This document shows, piece after piece, positions 23,042 through 35,369 of a DNA stretch of 64,000 bases. The first letter of the stretch is position 1, and each line of letters begins with the position of its first letter. The stretch spans positions 128,001-192,000 of the forward strand of contig NZ_JAQNDL010000001.1 in assembly GCF_028368995.1 (NCBI RefSeq), given 5' to 3'. A model generated the notes under the pieces. The model saw only the letters and a program-made list of their open reading frames with translations, had not been told where the DNA came from and ran no database searches. A program made the position numbers and the translations under genes. The DNA is from Nannocystis bainbridge (GTDB lineage Bacteria; Myxococcota_A; Polyangia; Nannocystales; Nannocystaceae).

Positions 23042-24631
23042 TCAGGTGAACGCCCACGCCAGGGCGACGGCGACCAGCAGCGCGACGATCACCAGCCAGA
23101 AGCTCGTGTCGTTGCGCCGCGCGAGCATCTCCGGCGGGCGGGCGGTGAGCGAGGTGCCGGCCGTCGGCGCGTGGCTCTCGATGGCCTTCGGCGCCCTCGT
23201 CTCGAGGAGCGGCGCGGGTGACACCGGCGCCATCGGCGACAGCGTCGGCGCCGCGACCGGAGCCACGGGCGCCTCGACTTCACGCTCGCGCACGTCGGAG
23301 CGAGCCGCGGCCGGGTTGGTGTCGCCGCCGCTGGGCTCGACGAGGATGTCGGGCCGCGAGGGCGAGGGCGAACCGCGGCGGACGATGCTGTCCTCGGTGA
23401 GGACGTGGACGCGGCGCAGGCCGCTGTTCGAGCGCCCCGACGGATCTTGCGGGTTGGCGAAGCCACCGGCGCTGGCCGCCGCGAACGAGCCGGCGGGGAT
23501 CGAGCTCGAGCGCAGCGCCTGCACGGTGTTGGGCCGGATCGAGCCCTCGCCGAACAGCAGGTCTTCGAGGCCCATCACCGGCGGCTCGACCGGCGCCGAG
23601 GCGGTGACCTTGGGTGCCTCTCTGACCGGAAGGCCAGGTACCGAAGGACCTGTTGGAACGGACAGGGTCTCGAGGACAGGTGGCACCGCGGCCGAGGACG
23701 AGGCGGTCGGCGGGATCGCCAGCGACGGCGCCGACACCTCGCCGGCGGACTTGGCGACGCGCGGCGGCGGTGGCGGCGGCGAGGCCGGCGTGAGGTCGAG
23801 GATCGGCTCGGGCGCGGCCTCGACGGCGCCGGCGAGCGACTCGAGGCGACGCACCAGCTCGGCGCCGTCCCGCGGGCGCGCGGCGGGGTCGCTGTGCAGG
23901 CTGGCGCCGATCAGCGCCCACAGCCCGGCTTGCAGCCCCGGCGGTTCGGCGGCGCGCAGAGCCGCTGCGCCGCGCAGACCGGTGGCGAACTCGGCGAGCG
24001 CGACGCCCCACGCGTAGGTGTCGGAGGTCGGGGTGAAGCCGCCGCCGCCGAGCAGCTCGGGCGCGAGGATCGCTTGATCGACGCTGCTCCACCGCCGCTC
24101 GAGCTCGGCGCGGGCGCATAGCGGAGCGAAGCCGTGCTGGAACGCAGCCGGACCGCCCGGTCCGACGAACACGGCCTCGCCGGCGAGCATGCCGTGGACG
24201 CGGCCACGACCGTGCAAGGTCGCCAGGGCGCGCGCGAGCTGCCGCGCGAGCCGCTGCAGCTCGTTGGCGAGGTCGGACGAGCGCGGGCCGTCGTCCATGT
24301 CGCGCAACGCGAAGGCGCCCTGCAGCGGGTCGTAACAGACGACCACGCGCTCGCCGTCCTGACCCACGAACACCTGAGGCACGAGCGCCGAGTCCTGCAG
24401 CTCGCCGAGCTCGCCGAGCTCGCGCACGAACGCGGCCCGGGCCTCGGGCGTGGGCAACAGCGAGGCGTCGAGGACACAGGCGCGCGCAGGCTCGCCGGTG
24501 TGGGTGTCGAGGACCGCGAGCGTGGGGCCGAACAGCTGCACTCCCGTGTTGGCCGGCTCTTCGCGCATCAGCTCGAAGCGGCCGCACAGCGTGGTGTGCT
24601 CCTCGTGCGAAGTGCCGGCGCTCAACTCCAT
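23042..24631 (-). CDS. Membrane-anchored Ser/Thr pseudokinase
   Basis: Kinase C-lobe remnants (LARALATLH, APELL, SDTYAWG, DPAARP) without HRD/DFG; Pro/Ser-rich linker; C-terminal TM. Confidence 0.7.
   Translation of the reverse strand: MELSAGTSHEEHTTLCGRFELMREEPANTGVQLFGPTLAVLDTHTGEPARACVLDASLLPTPEARAAFVRELGELGELQDSALVPQVFVGQDGERVVVCYDPLQGAFALRDMDDGPRSSDLANELQRLARQLARALATLHGRGRVHGMLAGEAVFVGPGGPAAFQHGFAPLCARAELERRWSSVDQAILAPELLGGGGFTPTSDTYAWGVALAEFATGLRGAAALRAAEPPGLQAGLWALIGASLHSDPAARPRDGAELVRRLESLAGAVEAAPEPILDLTPASPPPPPPRVAKSAGEVSAPSLAIPPTASSSAAVPPVLETLSVPTGPSVPGLPVREAPKVTASAPVEPPVMGLEDLLFGEGSIRPNTVQALRSSSIPAGSFAAASAGGFANPQDPSGRSNSGLRRVHVLTEDSIVRRGSPSPSRPDILVEPSGGDTNPAAARSDVREREVEAPVAPVAAPTLSPMAPVSPAPLLETRAPKAIESHAPTAGTSLTARPPEMLARRNDTSFWLVIVALLVAVALAWAFT
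23632..23683. repeat. 14-bp-period array inside pseudokinase linker (4 units)
   Basis: 23632 ggccaggtac, 23646 ggacctgttg, 23660 ggacagggtc, 23674 ggacaggtgg. Confidence 0.7.
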
Positions 24632-24646
24632 GAGACGCTCCCGCGG

Positions 24647-25099
24647 CTAAACGCCGGTGCTTCCGAAGCCACCATCACCACGTGCGGCAGCCGGGAGGTG
24701 CTGGACCTCGACGACCGCAGGGAAGACGACAGGGGCGACCACGAGCTGAGCGATCCGCTCGCCGTGCGCGACGACGAACGGCGCGGCCCCGAGATTGACG
24801 AGGATGACCTTGAGCTCCCCACGATAGTCGGCGTCGATTGTACCTGGTGCGTTCACGATCGAGAGCCCGTGCCGCAGGGCCAGGCCCGATCGCGGACGCA
24901 CCTGACCCTCGTGGCCGCCGGGAATAGCGACGGCGACGCCCGTGGGAATTAAACGACGTTCCCCGGGCGCCAATTCGACAGGCCCGTCGGGCAGACAGGC
25001 CGCCAGGTCCATCCCGGCCGCCTCGGCGCTCATGCGCCGCGGCAGCTCGGCCTGGGTGTGGACCTTGCGGACCAGCAGCGTCGGCTCGACGTGCGACAT
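24647..25099 (-). CDS. dut: dUTP diphosphatase
   Basis: [39 protein letters not shown]. Confidence 0.96.
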   Translation of the reverse strand: MSHVEPTLLVRKVHTQAELPRRMSAEAAGMDLAACLPDGPVELAPGERRLIPTGVAVAIPGGHEGQVRPRSGLALRHGLSIVNAPGTIDADYRGELKVILVNLGAAPFVVAHGERIAQLVVAPVVFPAVVEVQHLPAAARGDGGFGSTGV

Positions 25100-25103
25100 C
25101 ACC

Positions 25104-27209
25104 TCACCCTCGCAGGTTCTGGACCTCGGAGGGGTCGACCCCGAAGGCGGCGCGGCGGCTGAGGCGGATCTTGCCGGTGGGATCGACATTGATCACCTTC
25201 ACCACGACCTCGTCGCCCTCCTGGACCACGTCGGTCACGCGATCGACGCGCCGGTCCTCGAGCTCCGAGATGTGGACCAGACCGTCGGTGCCCGGGAGGA
25301 TCTCGACGAACGCGCCGAAGTCGACGATCCGCTTGACCACCCCGTGGTAGGTCGCGCCCACCTCGGGCTCGGCGATGAGACCCTCGATGAGCCGCTTGGC
25401 CCGCTCGATCTGGGCGATGTCGTTGCTGGCGATCGCGATCCGCCCCGAGTCCTCGATGTTGATGACGCAGCCGGTCTGCTCGATGATCGCGCGGATCGTC
25501 TTGCCGCCGGGCCCGATGACCTCGCGGATCTTGTCGACCTTGACCTGCATCGTGACGATGCGCGGCGCGTACTTGCTGATGTCGGCGCGCGGCTCGGCGA
25601 GCACCTCGAGCATCTTGCCGAGGATGTGCAGCCGGCTCTCGCGCGCCTGGTCGAGCGCGGCCTCGAGGATCTGGCGGGTCAGGCCCTCGATCTTGATGTC
25701 CATCTGCAGCGCGGTGATGCCGGTCTTGGTGCCGGTCACCTTGAAGTCCATGTCGCCGAGGTGATCCTCGTCGCCAAGGATGTCGGAGAGGATGGCGATC
25801 TCGCCGCCCTCCTGCATCAGGCCCATGGCGACGCCGGCGACCGGCGCCTTGATCGGCACGCCGGCGTCCATCATCGCCAGGCAGCCGCCGCACACCGCCG
25901 CCATCGACGACGAGCCGTTCGACTCGAGCGTCTCGCTGACGATGCGGATCGTGTACGGGAACTTCTCCTGCGCCGGCAGGATGTACTTCAACGCCCGCTC
26001 GGCCAGCGCGCCGTGGCCGACCTCGCGCCGCGACGTGCCGCGCACCGGCTTGGCCTCGCCCGTGCAGAACGGGAGGAAGTTGTAGTGCAGCATGAAGTTG
26101 CGGGTGACGTCGCCGCGGATGGTGTCGAGCCGCTGGGCGTCGCTCTCGGTGCCGAGAGTGACGGTGGCCAGCGCCTGCGTCTCACCGCGCTGGAACAGCG
26201 CCGAGCCGTGCGGCCGCGGGAACGGGTGGGTCTCGATGTAGATCGGACGCACGTCGCGGGTGCCGCGGCCGTCGAGCCGGCGGCCCTCCTTGATCACGCG
26301 GCTGCGCACGACCTTCTTCTCGAGCTTGCCGAGCGCAGCGTGCACCTCGCCGACCCGCTCCGGGTGGCTGGCGGCGAAGCGCTCGAGCACCGTCTTGCTG
26401 GCGGCCGCGAGCGCGTCGCGGCGCTCGTGCTTGCCGGTGATGGCGAACGCGGCCCGCACGTCGGCGTCGGCCGCGGCCATCACCTCGGCGCGGAAAGCCT
26501 CGTCGACAGCCGGATCGACGTGCACGCGCTTGGTCTTGCCGGCGCGCTCACGCAGGCGCTCCTGCGCGGCCAGCAGCGGCTGCGCCGACTCCTGGGCGAA
26601 CATGAGGGCGTCGATCATGTCCTTCTCGAGGATCTGATCGCCGCCGCCCTCGACCATCACGATCGCGTCGCGGCTGGCCGCGACCACGAGCACGATGTCG
26701 GCGACCTTCATCTGGTCCCACGAGGGGAACGCGACCATCTTGCCCTGCACCCGCGCGACGCGGATGCCGACGATCGGGCCGGCCCACGGCGCGTCGCTGA
26801 TGTGCAGCGCCGCCGAAGCGCCGGTGATCGCCAGGACGTCGGGCTCGTGCACCTTGTCGTGCGACAGCACGGTGGCGATGATCTGGGTGTCGCTGCGATA
26901 GCTCTTGGGGAACAGCGGCCGGATCGGACGATCGATGAAGCGGCAGGTCAGCGTCTCCCACTCGGTGGGACGCGCCTCGCGCTTGAAATAACCGCCCGGG
27001 ATCTTGCCGGCGGAGGCGGGGTACTCGCGGTACTCGCAGGTGAGCGGGAGGAAGGGCAGATCCTTCGGCTCCCTGCTGCTGACCGCCGTGACGAGCACGG
27101 CTGTCTCGCCGCAGCGCACGACGACGGCGCTGGACTGCTTGGCGAGCTTGCCGGTCTCGATGCTGATCTCGACCTCGCCGATGCGGCAGGTCTCTGTGAT
27201 GACGTTCAT
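25104..27209 (-). CDS. pnp: Polyribonucleotide nucleotidyltransferase
   Basis: [37 protein letters not shown] (IGPGGKTI) and S1 domains. Confidence 0.98.
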   Translation of the reverse strand: MNVITETCRIGEVEISIETGKLAKQSSAVVVRCGETAVLVTAVSSREPKDLPFLPLTCEYREYPASAGKIPGGYFKREARPTEWETLTCRFIDRPIRPLFPKSYRSDTQIIATVLSHDKVHEPDVLAITGASAALHISDAPWAGPIVGIRVARVQGKMVAFPSWDQMKVADIVLVVAASRDAIVMVEGGGDQILEKDMIDALMFAQESAQPLLAAQERLRERAGKTKRVHVDPAVDEAFRAEVMAAADADVRAAFAITGKHERRDALAAASKTVLERFAASHPERVGEVHAALGKLEKKVVRSRVIKEGRRLDGRGTRDVRPIYIETHPFPRPHGSALFQRGETQALATVTLGTESDAQRLDTIRGDVTRNFMLHYNFLPFCTGEAKPVRGTSRREVGHGALAERALKYILPAQEKFPYTIRIVSETLESNGSSSMAAVCGGCLAMMDAGVPIKAPVAGVAMGLMQEGGEIAILSDILGDEDHLGDMDFKVTGTKTGITALQMDIKIEGLTRQILEAALDQARESRLHILGKMLEVLAEPRADISKYAPRIVTMQVKVDKIREVIGPGGKTIRAIIEQTGCVINIEDSGRIAIASNDIAQIERAKRLIEGLIAEPEVGATYHGVVKRIVDFGAFVEILPGTDGLVHISELEDRRVDRVTDVVQEGDEVVVKVINVDPTGKIRLSRRAAFGVDPSEVQNLRG

Positions 27210-27351
27210 GGGGGGAAACTTTCCGCCGCGGGGACAAAAATCTTCGTGGTCCTGCCCGATCGGGCGTCGGACCGCATGCGCCCGCGCCGGCGTGCCGGCA
27301 CGTTCCCACGGCCGATCAGCGCGGCTGACCTACGCGGGCGCCAGAGGCCAC

Positions 27352-27385
27352 AAAAGCGAAAAGGGGGAACACGTCCCCCTTTCGC
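27352..27385 (-). terminator. Rho-independent terminator after rpsO
   Basis: GCGAAAGGGGGA-CGTGT-TCCCCCTTTTCGC followed by TTTT on the minus strand. Confidence 0.8.
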
Positions 27386-27392
27386 CCCGGCC

Positions 27393-27662
27393 TTACTTGC
27401 GGATGTTGAGCGCCCCGATCAGGGACCGGTAGCGGTCGACGCTGCGGTTGCGCAGGTAGTCGAGCAGACGACGGCGCTGGCCGACGAGCTTCAGCAGACC
27501 CCGACGCGAGTGGAAGTCCTTGGCGTGGCCGCGGAAATGCTCGGTGAGGTAGTTGATCCGCGACGTGAGGAGGGCGATCTGCACCTCCGGGGACGCGGTG
27601 TCGTTCGAGTGGGTCTGGAACTTGCTAACGATCTCGGCCGTGCGATCAGGAGAGAGAGACAT
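27393..27662 (-). CDS. rpsO: 30S ribosomal protein S15
   Basis: [36 protein letters not shown]; 89 aa. Confidence 0.98.
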   Translation of the reverse strand: MSLSPDRTAEIVSKFQTHSNDTASPEVQIALLTSRINYLTEHFRGHAKDFHSRRGLLKLVGQRRRLLDYLRNRSVDRYRSLIGALNIRK

Positions 27663-27728
27663 TTCGTATTCTCGGGTGCGGGCAGCCCGTGCCCCCGCAG
27701 AAGGTGTTGTGCTCTTTTGTGTAGGCGG

Positions 27729-27757
27729 AAAATCCAGGCAAAACCTTGGCGTGTCAA
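27729..27757 (-). promoter_or_regulatory. Possible sigma70 promoter for rpsO
   Basis: Minus strand TTGACA-17 nt-GATTTT in an AT-richer intergenic region; weak -10 element. Confidence 0.4.
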
Positions 27758-27797
27758 GGCCACTCGCGCACGCGCCGACGCTTTTCCGTCGGCCCGG

Positions 27798-28820
27798 TCA
27801 CGGCTCCGTGTCGCGGGCGGGCGCCGCGGCGTGAAGGACCTTCTCCGGCCGCCACTCACCCCCGTCGAGGCGAACGACGACCAGCGCGTCGGGGAACCAC
27901 AGCGCCTGCCTCGCCGCCTCGGGGTGCCCCTCGGCCAGGGTCGGGGCGACCGCCGGCAAGGCGTCGGCCCCAACCACCCGGCCGTGTAGCAGCCCCGCCA
28001 GGGCGTCGGCGTCGGCCCCGACCACCCGGCGCACCGGGAACGGCAAGACCTCACCAGGCGCCCGCAGGGCCGCCTCGAGCCGCGCCCGCAGGGCCTCGCG
28101 GCCGTCGGCTCCGGCGAGGCCGAGGCGAAACTTGGGCGGGGCGCCGGCCAGATCCGGCAACCGCGCGGAAACGAGCACGGGCACGGCGTCGGCGAGATCG
28201 AGGCTGCCGCAGGCGAGTCGACGCAGACCGCCCAGGTGCGCCGGCAGGCCGACGCGGCGGCCGAGCTCTTCGGCGAGGCTGCGGACATAGGTGCCCTTGC
28301 TCACGGCACAGGTCGCGTCGATCGCGTCGTCGGTGACCCCGATCTCCTCGACGGACCGCAGCTCCATCGGCCGCGGCGCGAGCGCCAGGATCTCGCCCTT
28401 GCGAGCCCTTTCGTGGGCCGGACGACCCTCGAGCTTGACCGCCGAGTACGCGGGCGGCGGCAGCTGGAGCGCGCCGCACATGTCCTTCAGGACATCCGCG
28501 GCGGCGCGCACCTGCGACGGCTCGACCGCGCTCTCGGCGATCGTCTCGCCGGCGCGATCGCCCGTGGTGGTCGCGCGACCGAGGCCGAAGCGCGCGCGGT
28601 AGACCTTGGCGACGGCGCTGAGGTACGGCACGAGCCGCGTCGCCGCGCCGACGCACACGACCAGCAGGCCCGAGGCCAGCGGGTCGAGGGTGCCGCAGTG
28701 ACCGACGGCCTTCTCGTTCAAGACCCAACGGACGAAGCCGACCACGTCGTGCGAGGTCGGCCCCTCCGGCTTGTCGACCAGCAGGACGCCGCAGCGCTCA
28801 GTCGCCGTCGCCGTCGCCAC
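27798..28820 (-). CDS. truB: tRNA pseudouridine(55) synthase
   Basis: VDKPEGPTSHDVV, GHCGTLDPLASG, PPAYSAVK, SKGTYVRSL. Confidence 0.96.
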   Translation of the reverse strand: MATATATERCGVLLVDKPEGPTSHDVVGFVRWVLNEKAVGHCGTLDPLASGLLVVCVGAATRLVPYLSAVAKVYRARFGLGRATTTGDRAGETIAESAVEPSQVRAAADVLKDMCGALQLPPPAYSAVKLEGRPAHERARKGEILALAPRPMELRSVEEIGVTDDAIDATCAVSKGTYVRSLAEELGRRVGLPAHLGGLRRLACGSLDLADAVPVLVSARLPDLAGAPPKFRLGLAGADGREALRARLEAALRAPGEVLPFPVRRVVGADADALAGLLHGRVVGADALPAVAPTLAEGHPEAARQALWFPDALVVVRLDGGEWRPEKVLHAAAPARDTEP

Positions 28821-29217
28821 CTTCGTCGTCCTCGCCGCCCGCGCTCCCCAGCTTCGGGGCGGCCGGGGGCGTCGCGATCTCCGACAGGATCGTCTCGATC
28901 CGCAGGCCGCGCTGAATGCTCTCGTCGAACTCGAACCGCAGATCGGGGATCCGGCGCAACTGCACCCGCCCCTGCAGCTCTCGCCGCACCGCGCTGGCCG
29001 CCGAACGCAGCCCCGCCAGCACCGTGGCGCGGTCGCGGTCGGGCGACAGCAGGTCGACGAACACGCGGGCCAGCGTCAGCTCGGTGTCGACCTTGACGCC
29101 GGTGACGCTGAAGTTGACGCCCTGCAGTCGCGGGTCGCTGATCGCTCCGAACAGGAGCGCGTCGGCGATCCCGCGGCGCAGGGTCTCTTCGACCCGTTGC
29201 ATCCGGTTACTCGCCAT
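28798..29217 (-). CDS. rbfA: Ribosome-binding factor A
   Basis: RMQRVEE, DPRL, LRRIPDLRFEFDESI; between infB and truB. Confidence 0.95.
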   Translation of the reverse strand: MASNRMQRVEETLRRGIADALLFGAISDPRLQGVNFSVTGVKVDTELTLARVFVDLLSPDRDRATVLAGLRSAASAVRRELQGRVQLRRIPDLRFEFDESIQRGLRIETILSEIATPPAAPKLGSAGGEDDEGGDGDGD

Positions 29218-29245
29218 ACGCGCTCCCCCTCGCCTCTCCGCCGCC

Positions 29246-32200
29246 TCACAGCGTCGGCGCGATCGTCTCGATCTCGAACGCCTGCAGGATGTCGCCCGGC
29301 TCCACCTCGGGGAACGAGTCGATCACGATGCCGCATTCGAAGCCCTCGCGGACTTCCTTCACGTCGTCCTTGAGGACGCGAAGGCTCGAGATTCTCCCCT
29401 TGTGGATGATCGTGCCGCCACGGACCACGCGGACGTGGTGCGAGCGCTGGATGAGGCCCCGCGTGACGCGGCAACCGGCGACCACACCGATCTTCGGGAT
29501 CGGGAACAGCGCCCGAACCTCGGCCTCGCCCTGATCGCGCTCGCGGTACTCGGGCTCGAGCAGGCCGACCATCAGCTCACGCGTCTTGTCGAGCGCGTTG
29601 TAGATGACGTTGAAGGTGTAGACGGGCACCTTCTCGGCGTCGGCGATCTGACCGGCCTTGCCGACCGGCTTGGTGTTGAAGCCGATGATCACGGCCTCGC
29701 CGGCCGAAGCGGTCTTCACGTCGGTCTGGGTGATCGCACCGACGCCGGACGAGATGACCTCGACCTTGACCTTGTCGGTCGACAGCTCGAGCAACGCCTG
29801 CTTGAGCGCCTCGGCCGAGCCCTGCACGTCGGCCCGGAGGACGATCTTGAGGGTCGGCGTCTTCTTGCGCTGGATGAAGTCGGCGATGCTGGGCCCCGAG
29901 CGCGCGCTCTCCTTGCGGCGCCGGACCTCGCGGCGGTGGGTCACGAGCTGGCGGGCGGCCTTCTCGCTCTCGACCACGTTGAAGCGGTCGCCGGCCGACG
30001 GCACGCCGTCGAGACCGAGGACCTCGACCGGAGTCGAGGGACCTACGTCTTCGAGCGTACGGCCGCGGTCGTCGAGCATGCCGCGGACCTTGCCGCTGAA
30101 CTCGTTGGCGACCACGATGTCGCCCTTGCGCAGCGTGCCGGCCTCCACCAGGACGGTGGCGATCGGACCGCGGCCCTTGTCGACGCGCGCCTCGAGGACG
30201 ACGCCGATCGCCCGGCCCTCGGTGGTGGCCCGGAGATCGAGGATCTCCGACTGAATGGCCAACATCTCGAGCAGGTGGTCGATGCCCTTGCCGGTCTTCG
30301 CCGACACCTCGCAGATGATCGTCTCGCCGCCGTACTCTTCGCCGACGAGGCTGTACTCCATCAGCATCTGCTTGACGCGGCCGGGGTTGGCGTCGGGCTT
30401 GTCGATCTTGTTGAGCGCCACCACCAGCGGGACGTTGGCCTCCCGCGCGTGCTTGATGGCCTCGACCGTGGTCGGCATGATGCCGTCGTCGGCGGCGACG
30501 ACCAGGACCACCACGTCGGTGACCTGGGCCCCGCGGGCGCGCATCGCCGAGAACGCCTCGTGACCCGGCGTGTCGAGGAACACCACGTCGCCCTTGGCGG
30601 TGGAGACCTTGTAGGCGCCGATGTGCTGGGTGATCCCGCCGGCCTCGCCCTCGGCGACCGTGGCCTTGCGGATCCGGTCGAGGAGCGAGGTCTTGCCGTG
30701 GTCGACGTGGCCCATGATGGTGACCACGGGCGCACGCACGTCGCCGGCACCCTCCTCGGTGTCCTCGTCGAAGTACTGGTCCTCCTGGAAGGCCACGTTC
30801 TCGACGGTGTAGCCGTACTCGGCGGCCACCAGCTCGGCGGTCTCGGCGTCGACGGCGCTGTTGATGGTGACGCCGCGCAGGCCCATGCCCCACAGCGTCT
30901 TCAGCAGCATCGTCGCCTTCTTGCCCATCTGGTGCGCGAGGTCGGCGACCGGGATCGCCTCGTCGACGCGGATGCGCTTCTTCGACTCCGACATCTCCTG
31001 CGTGGAGGGTCGGGCGCCGGGCAGGCCGGGCCGGCCGCGGACGTTGCGGATCATCGTCTTCCGCTTGCGGCCCTGCTGCTGCGCCCGCTCCTCACGCTCC
31101 TTGCGGATCGTGGCGCGGCCGCGCTGCTGGCTGTCGCTGGCGTCGGTGATGATCACCTGCTGCGGCCGCGGGCGGTTGGCCAGCTGCACGAAGCCGAGGA
31201 TCTTCGGCTCGGCGCGCTGCGAGGCGGCGCCGACGATGACGCCCGCTTCGTCGCGGAGGACGCGACGGTTCACCTCAGGCTCGACCGGCGGCGGCTGGAC
31301 CTGTTGCGGGGGCTGCTGCGCCTGCGGGGTCGCGGGGACGACGTAGCGGGTCGTCGAACCGCCACGGTCGCCCGGACGGGTGGCGACCGGCGCCGGCTGC
31401 ACGACCTGGCCGCGCGGCCCGGTCTGACCGAGCTGCGGGCCGCTGCCGAGCGGCCGGGTGCCGGTCTGGGTCGGCGCGCCCGGCTTGCCGGGGCCCGGGC
31501 GAGTCTGGACGCCCGGACGCAGCGGCGTGCCGACCGGGCCGACCTGGCCCTGCGGCGGGGTGCCGCGCGGACCGTCCGGACCGCGACGATGCGGCTCGAT
31601 ACGCGGCTCACGCGGGCTGTCTTCCATCCGCGAGGCCACGCCTCCCGGCAGGCGCTTGGTGCCCGGCGGGAGCTGGATGCGCGAGCCGACCTCGGGCGCT
31701 GGCGCCCGCGGGGCCGCGGGCTGCGGCGGCTGCTGCTGCCGCTGCTCGGACCGGCGGATCTCCGGGCGCGACCCGGACGGCTGGGCCGGGCGCTGGATCG
31801 GCTGGCTGACGGGGCGCTGGATCGGCGGCTGGACCGGCTGCGACTGCACCGGTGCAGGCGGCGCGGGCGGCTGCGGCGCGACCACCGGCGGCGGGGCCAC
31901 GATCGGCTGGCTCGGCTGGCTCGGCTGGACCGGCTCGGCCGACTGGACCTGCTCGGCCGGGCGGGCCGGCTCGACCGGCTCGCTGCGGACCGGCTCGACC
32001 GGCTCGCTGCGGACCGGCTCCGGCTCGCTCGGCGGCGTGACCGGGCGCGGCGGGGCCGGCGGCTCCGCCTGGACCTGCGCCTGCTCGGGTGCGCTCGGGC
32101 GCGGGGTCGGCTCGCGGACCTCGATCGGCTCCGCGACGGCCCGCACCTCGCGCTGCGGTTCGCGCGGCTGCGATTGGACCGGGGTCGACCACGGCGTCTC

Positions 32201-32632
32201 GGGCGGGCGCGAGGGCTCGCTCGGACGGACCACGGGCGTGCTCGGGCGCACGGGCGGTTGACCGCTGACCGGCGGCGGCACCGGCCGCCGGACTACCGGC
32301 GGCTGCTGCTGCTGCTGGACGGGCGCAGGACGGACCACCGGCGGCGGCGTGGGACGGGGCGCTGCGGCCTCCTCCTCGCCTTCGTCGGCAGGACGCGGGC
32401 CGCGACCGGCACGACGGATGACCGGCGCCGGAGCACCGGCGCGCGGGTCGTTGCGCTCGGGTTCGCGGCGTTCGCCGCCTTGAATGTGGCGACGGACGAG
32501 CTCGGCCTGGTCGTCATCGAGCGTGCTCATCACGCCCTTGATCTCGACCCCGAGGCCGCGAATCACGTTCTCCATCACCTTGTTGTCCTTGCTCAGCTCT
32601 TTAGCGAGCTCGTAGACGCGAATCTTGGCCAT
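29246..32632 (-). CDS. infB: Translation initiation factor IF-2 with long Pro/Gln-rich N-terminal linker
   Basis: [46 protein letters not shown]. Confidence 0.98.
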   Translation of the reverse strand: MAKIRVYELAKELSKDNKVMENVIRGLGVEIKGVMSTLDDDQAELVRRHIQGGERREPERNDPRAGAPAPVIRRAGRGPRPADEGEEEAAAPRPTPPPVVRPAPVQQQQQPPVVRRPVPPPVSGQPPVRPSTPVVRPSEPSRPPETPWSTPVQSQPREPQREVRAVAEPIEVREPTPRPSAPEQAQVQAEPPAPPRPVTPPSEPEPVRSEPVEPVRSEPVEPARPAEQVQSAEPVQPSQPSQPIVAPPPVVAPQPPAPPAPVQSQPVQPPIQRPVSQPIQRPAQPSGSRPEIRRSEQRQQQPPQPAAPRAPAPEVGSRIQLPPGTKRLPGGVASRMEDSPREPRIEPHRRGPDGPRGTPPQGQVGPVGTPLRPGVQTRPGPGKPGAPTQTGTRPLGSGPQLGQTGPRGQVVQPAPVATRPGDRGGSTTRYVVPATPQAQQPPQQVQPPPVEPEVNRRVLRDEAGVIVGAASQRAEPKILGFVQLANRPRPQQVIITDASDSQQRGRATIRKEREERAQQQGRKRKTMIRNVRGRPGLPGARPSTQEMSESKKRIRVDEAIPVADLAHQMGKKATMLLKTLWGMGLRGVTINSAVDAETAELVAAEYGYTVENVAFQEDQYFDEDTEEGAGDVRAPVVTIMGHVDHGKTSLLDRIRKATVAEGEAGGITQHIGAYKVSTAKGDVVFLDTPGHEAFSAMRARGAQVTDVVVLVVAADDGIMPTTVEAIKHAREANVPLVVALNKIDKPDANPGRVKQMLMEYSLVGEEYGGETIICEVSAKTGKGIDHLLEMLAIQSEILDLRATTEGRAIGVVLEARVDKGRGPIATVLVEAGTLRKGDIVVANEFSGKVRGMLDDRGRTLEDVGPSTPVEVLGLDGVPSAGDRFNVVESEKAARQLVTHRREVRRRKESARSGPSIADFIQRKKTPTLKIVLRADVQGSAEALKQALLELSTDKVKVEVISSGVGAITQTDVKTASAGEAVIIGFNTKPVGKAGQIADAEKVPVYTFNVIYNALDKTRELMVGLLEPEYRERDQGEAEVRALFPIPKIGVVAGCRVTRGLIQRSHHVRVVRGGTIIHKGRISSLRVLKDDVKEVREGFECGIVIDSFPEVEPGDILQAFEIETIAPTL
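31966..32020 (-). repeat. 24-bp tandem coding repeat in IF2 linker (EPVRSEPV)
   Basis: ccggctcgaccggctcgctgcgga twice plus a partial third copy. Confidence 0.8.
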
Positions 32633-32635
32633 AAC

Positions 32636-33046
32636 TCAGCAAACCCTCCCCACCGCGGCGCGCATGGCGGTCGCCAGGGCAGCGAGACGTTGGACGCGCG
32701 GCGCAGCGGCGCTGCCGCTGCGGTTCAGGAGATCGATCATGCCCGCGAGCGCATCTCCGTGCGCGCTCCACAAAGCGGTGGGGTTCACCGCCGGCATCTT
32801 GCGGGCGAAGCCGCGGGCGAAGCCGCCGCGGCGGGCGGCGCGCTCGAGACAAGAGCGCGCCGGACACACGTAAGCCGAGCGCCCCCTGGCCGAAAGGCCA
32901 TGGCGCTTCGCACATGTCCGGATGTACTCGTCCGGAACGACCTGCACCTGCTCACCACCATCGGCGAGCAGGATCCTCGTCCGCAGGAGTTCAGCCTGCG
33001 GACGGATGGCGCGGCAGCCCACGCAAGTGCGCATCGGCGCATGCAT
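32636..33046 (-). CDS. ylxR: YlxR/DUF448 (RnpM-like) RNA-binding protein
   Basis: PMRTCVGCR, GRSAYVC...CL; between nusA and infB. Confidence 0.85.
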   Translation of the reverse strand: MHAPMRTCVGCRAIRPQAELLRTRILLADGGEQVQVVPDEYIRTCAKRHGLSARGRSAYVCPARSCLERAARRGGFARGFARKMPAVNPTALWSAHGDALAGMIDLLNRSGSAAAPRVQRLAALATAMRAAVGRVC

Positions 33047-33047
33047 G

Positions 33048-34463
<1,416 letters not shown>

Positions 34464-34484
34464 AACCGGATGACCTCTGCTGTC

Positions 34485-35156
34485 CTAGCCGTGCCCCCCC
34501 GTACTCGGGGGGGAGTACACGAGGTTGGCCCGCCGGATGTCGGCGAGCGAGATCTTGTAGATGGTATCACTGTCGAGCGATCGCAAGAGCACCGTGCCGC
34601 GGCGATCGTCGTCAGGAGCGGCGGGGTCGACCTCGGTGCCGACGATCCGCCCGTGAAAGGTCCGCTGGTCGGCGCTGCCCTGGCCCGCGAGCGGGTGGAA
34701 CGTGCGGACCACCGCCCGCCCGCCGACGTGGCGGGCGAAGTGGCTGAGGCGTGCCAGCGGCCGGTCGACGCCGGGCGAGCTGACCTCGAGCGTGTACGGC
34801 AGCGACAGCAGGGCCGTCAGCTCCGGGGTCTCCGGGTCGGCCTCGGCGGCGTCGAGCGCGTTGCTCAGGACCCCGGCCATGCGCGAGCAGTCGTCCAGGG
34901 TCACGCCGTTGGGGTGGTCGAGGTACACGCGGGCGATGCGACCGCCGCGACCGCCGGCCCACTCGGTGAGCACGATCTCGAAGCCCATCGCCCGCGCCAC
35001 CGGCTCGATCGCCGCCTCGAGCAGCCGCACCGCGCCCTCGTGGACCTCATGCCCCGCGGCGTCGTGCTCGGACTCGGTGCCGGCAACGTCGTCGACCACC
35101 GCGGGCTGCGGCGGGACTTTCGAGCGGGAGTTGTGTGTCGGGCGCCTTGTGGCCAT
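34485..35156 (-). CDS. rimP: Ribosome maturation factor RimP (N-terminally extended)
   Basis: VTLDDCS, YTLEVSSPGVDRPL; first gene of the nusA-infB operon. Start uncertain. Confidence 0.92.
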   Translation of the reverse strand: MATRRPTHNSRSKVPPQPAVVDDVAGTESEHDAAGHEVHEGAVRLLEAAIEPVARAMGFEIVLTEWAGGRGGRIARVYLDHPNGVTLDDCSRMAGVLSNALDAAEADPETPELTALLSLPYTLEVSSPGVDRPLARLSHFARHVGGRAVVRTFHPLAGQGSADQRTFHGRIVGTEVDPAAPDDDRRGTVLLRSLDSDTIYKISLADIRRANLVYSPPSTGGHG

Positions 35157-35173
35157 GCGCGTGGAGTCGAGAC

Positions 35174-35211
35174 AAACAAAAAAGCGAGCTGGGCCAGTTG
35201 CCTGCTCGCTT
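35174..35211 (-). promoter_or_regulatory. rimP leader terminator/attenuator hairpin
   Basis: Minus strand AAGCGAGC...GCTCGCTT followed by TTTTGTTT, just 5' of rimP and with no co-oriented gene upstream. Confidence 0.65.
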
Positions 35212-35369
35212 GCGAAAGGCAATTTGCTGGCCGGGCCTGTAGCACGGCGCTTGAAGGCGAGCAACCCCCTTGCCGGGGCGTGAGGACCTGGACCCCCCGG
35301 AGGGGCCCGCCCTGGAGTCAGGGGCCCCGGGAGGCTTGGCGGCGGGCGTTTTCTCGCTACCATCGCCCG

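Noticed and set aside
31300-32450. Pro/Gln-rich IF2 segment as an inserted element or intein
   Set aside because: Long low-complexity IF2 N-terminal linkers are common, and no intein motifs or element ends are seen.
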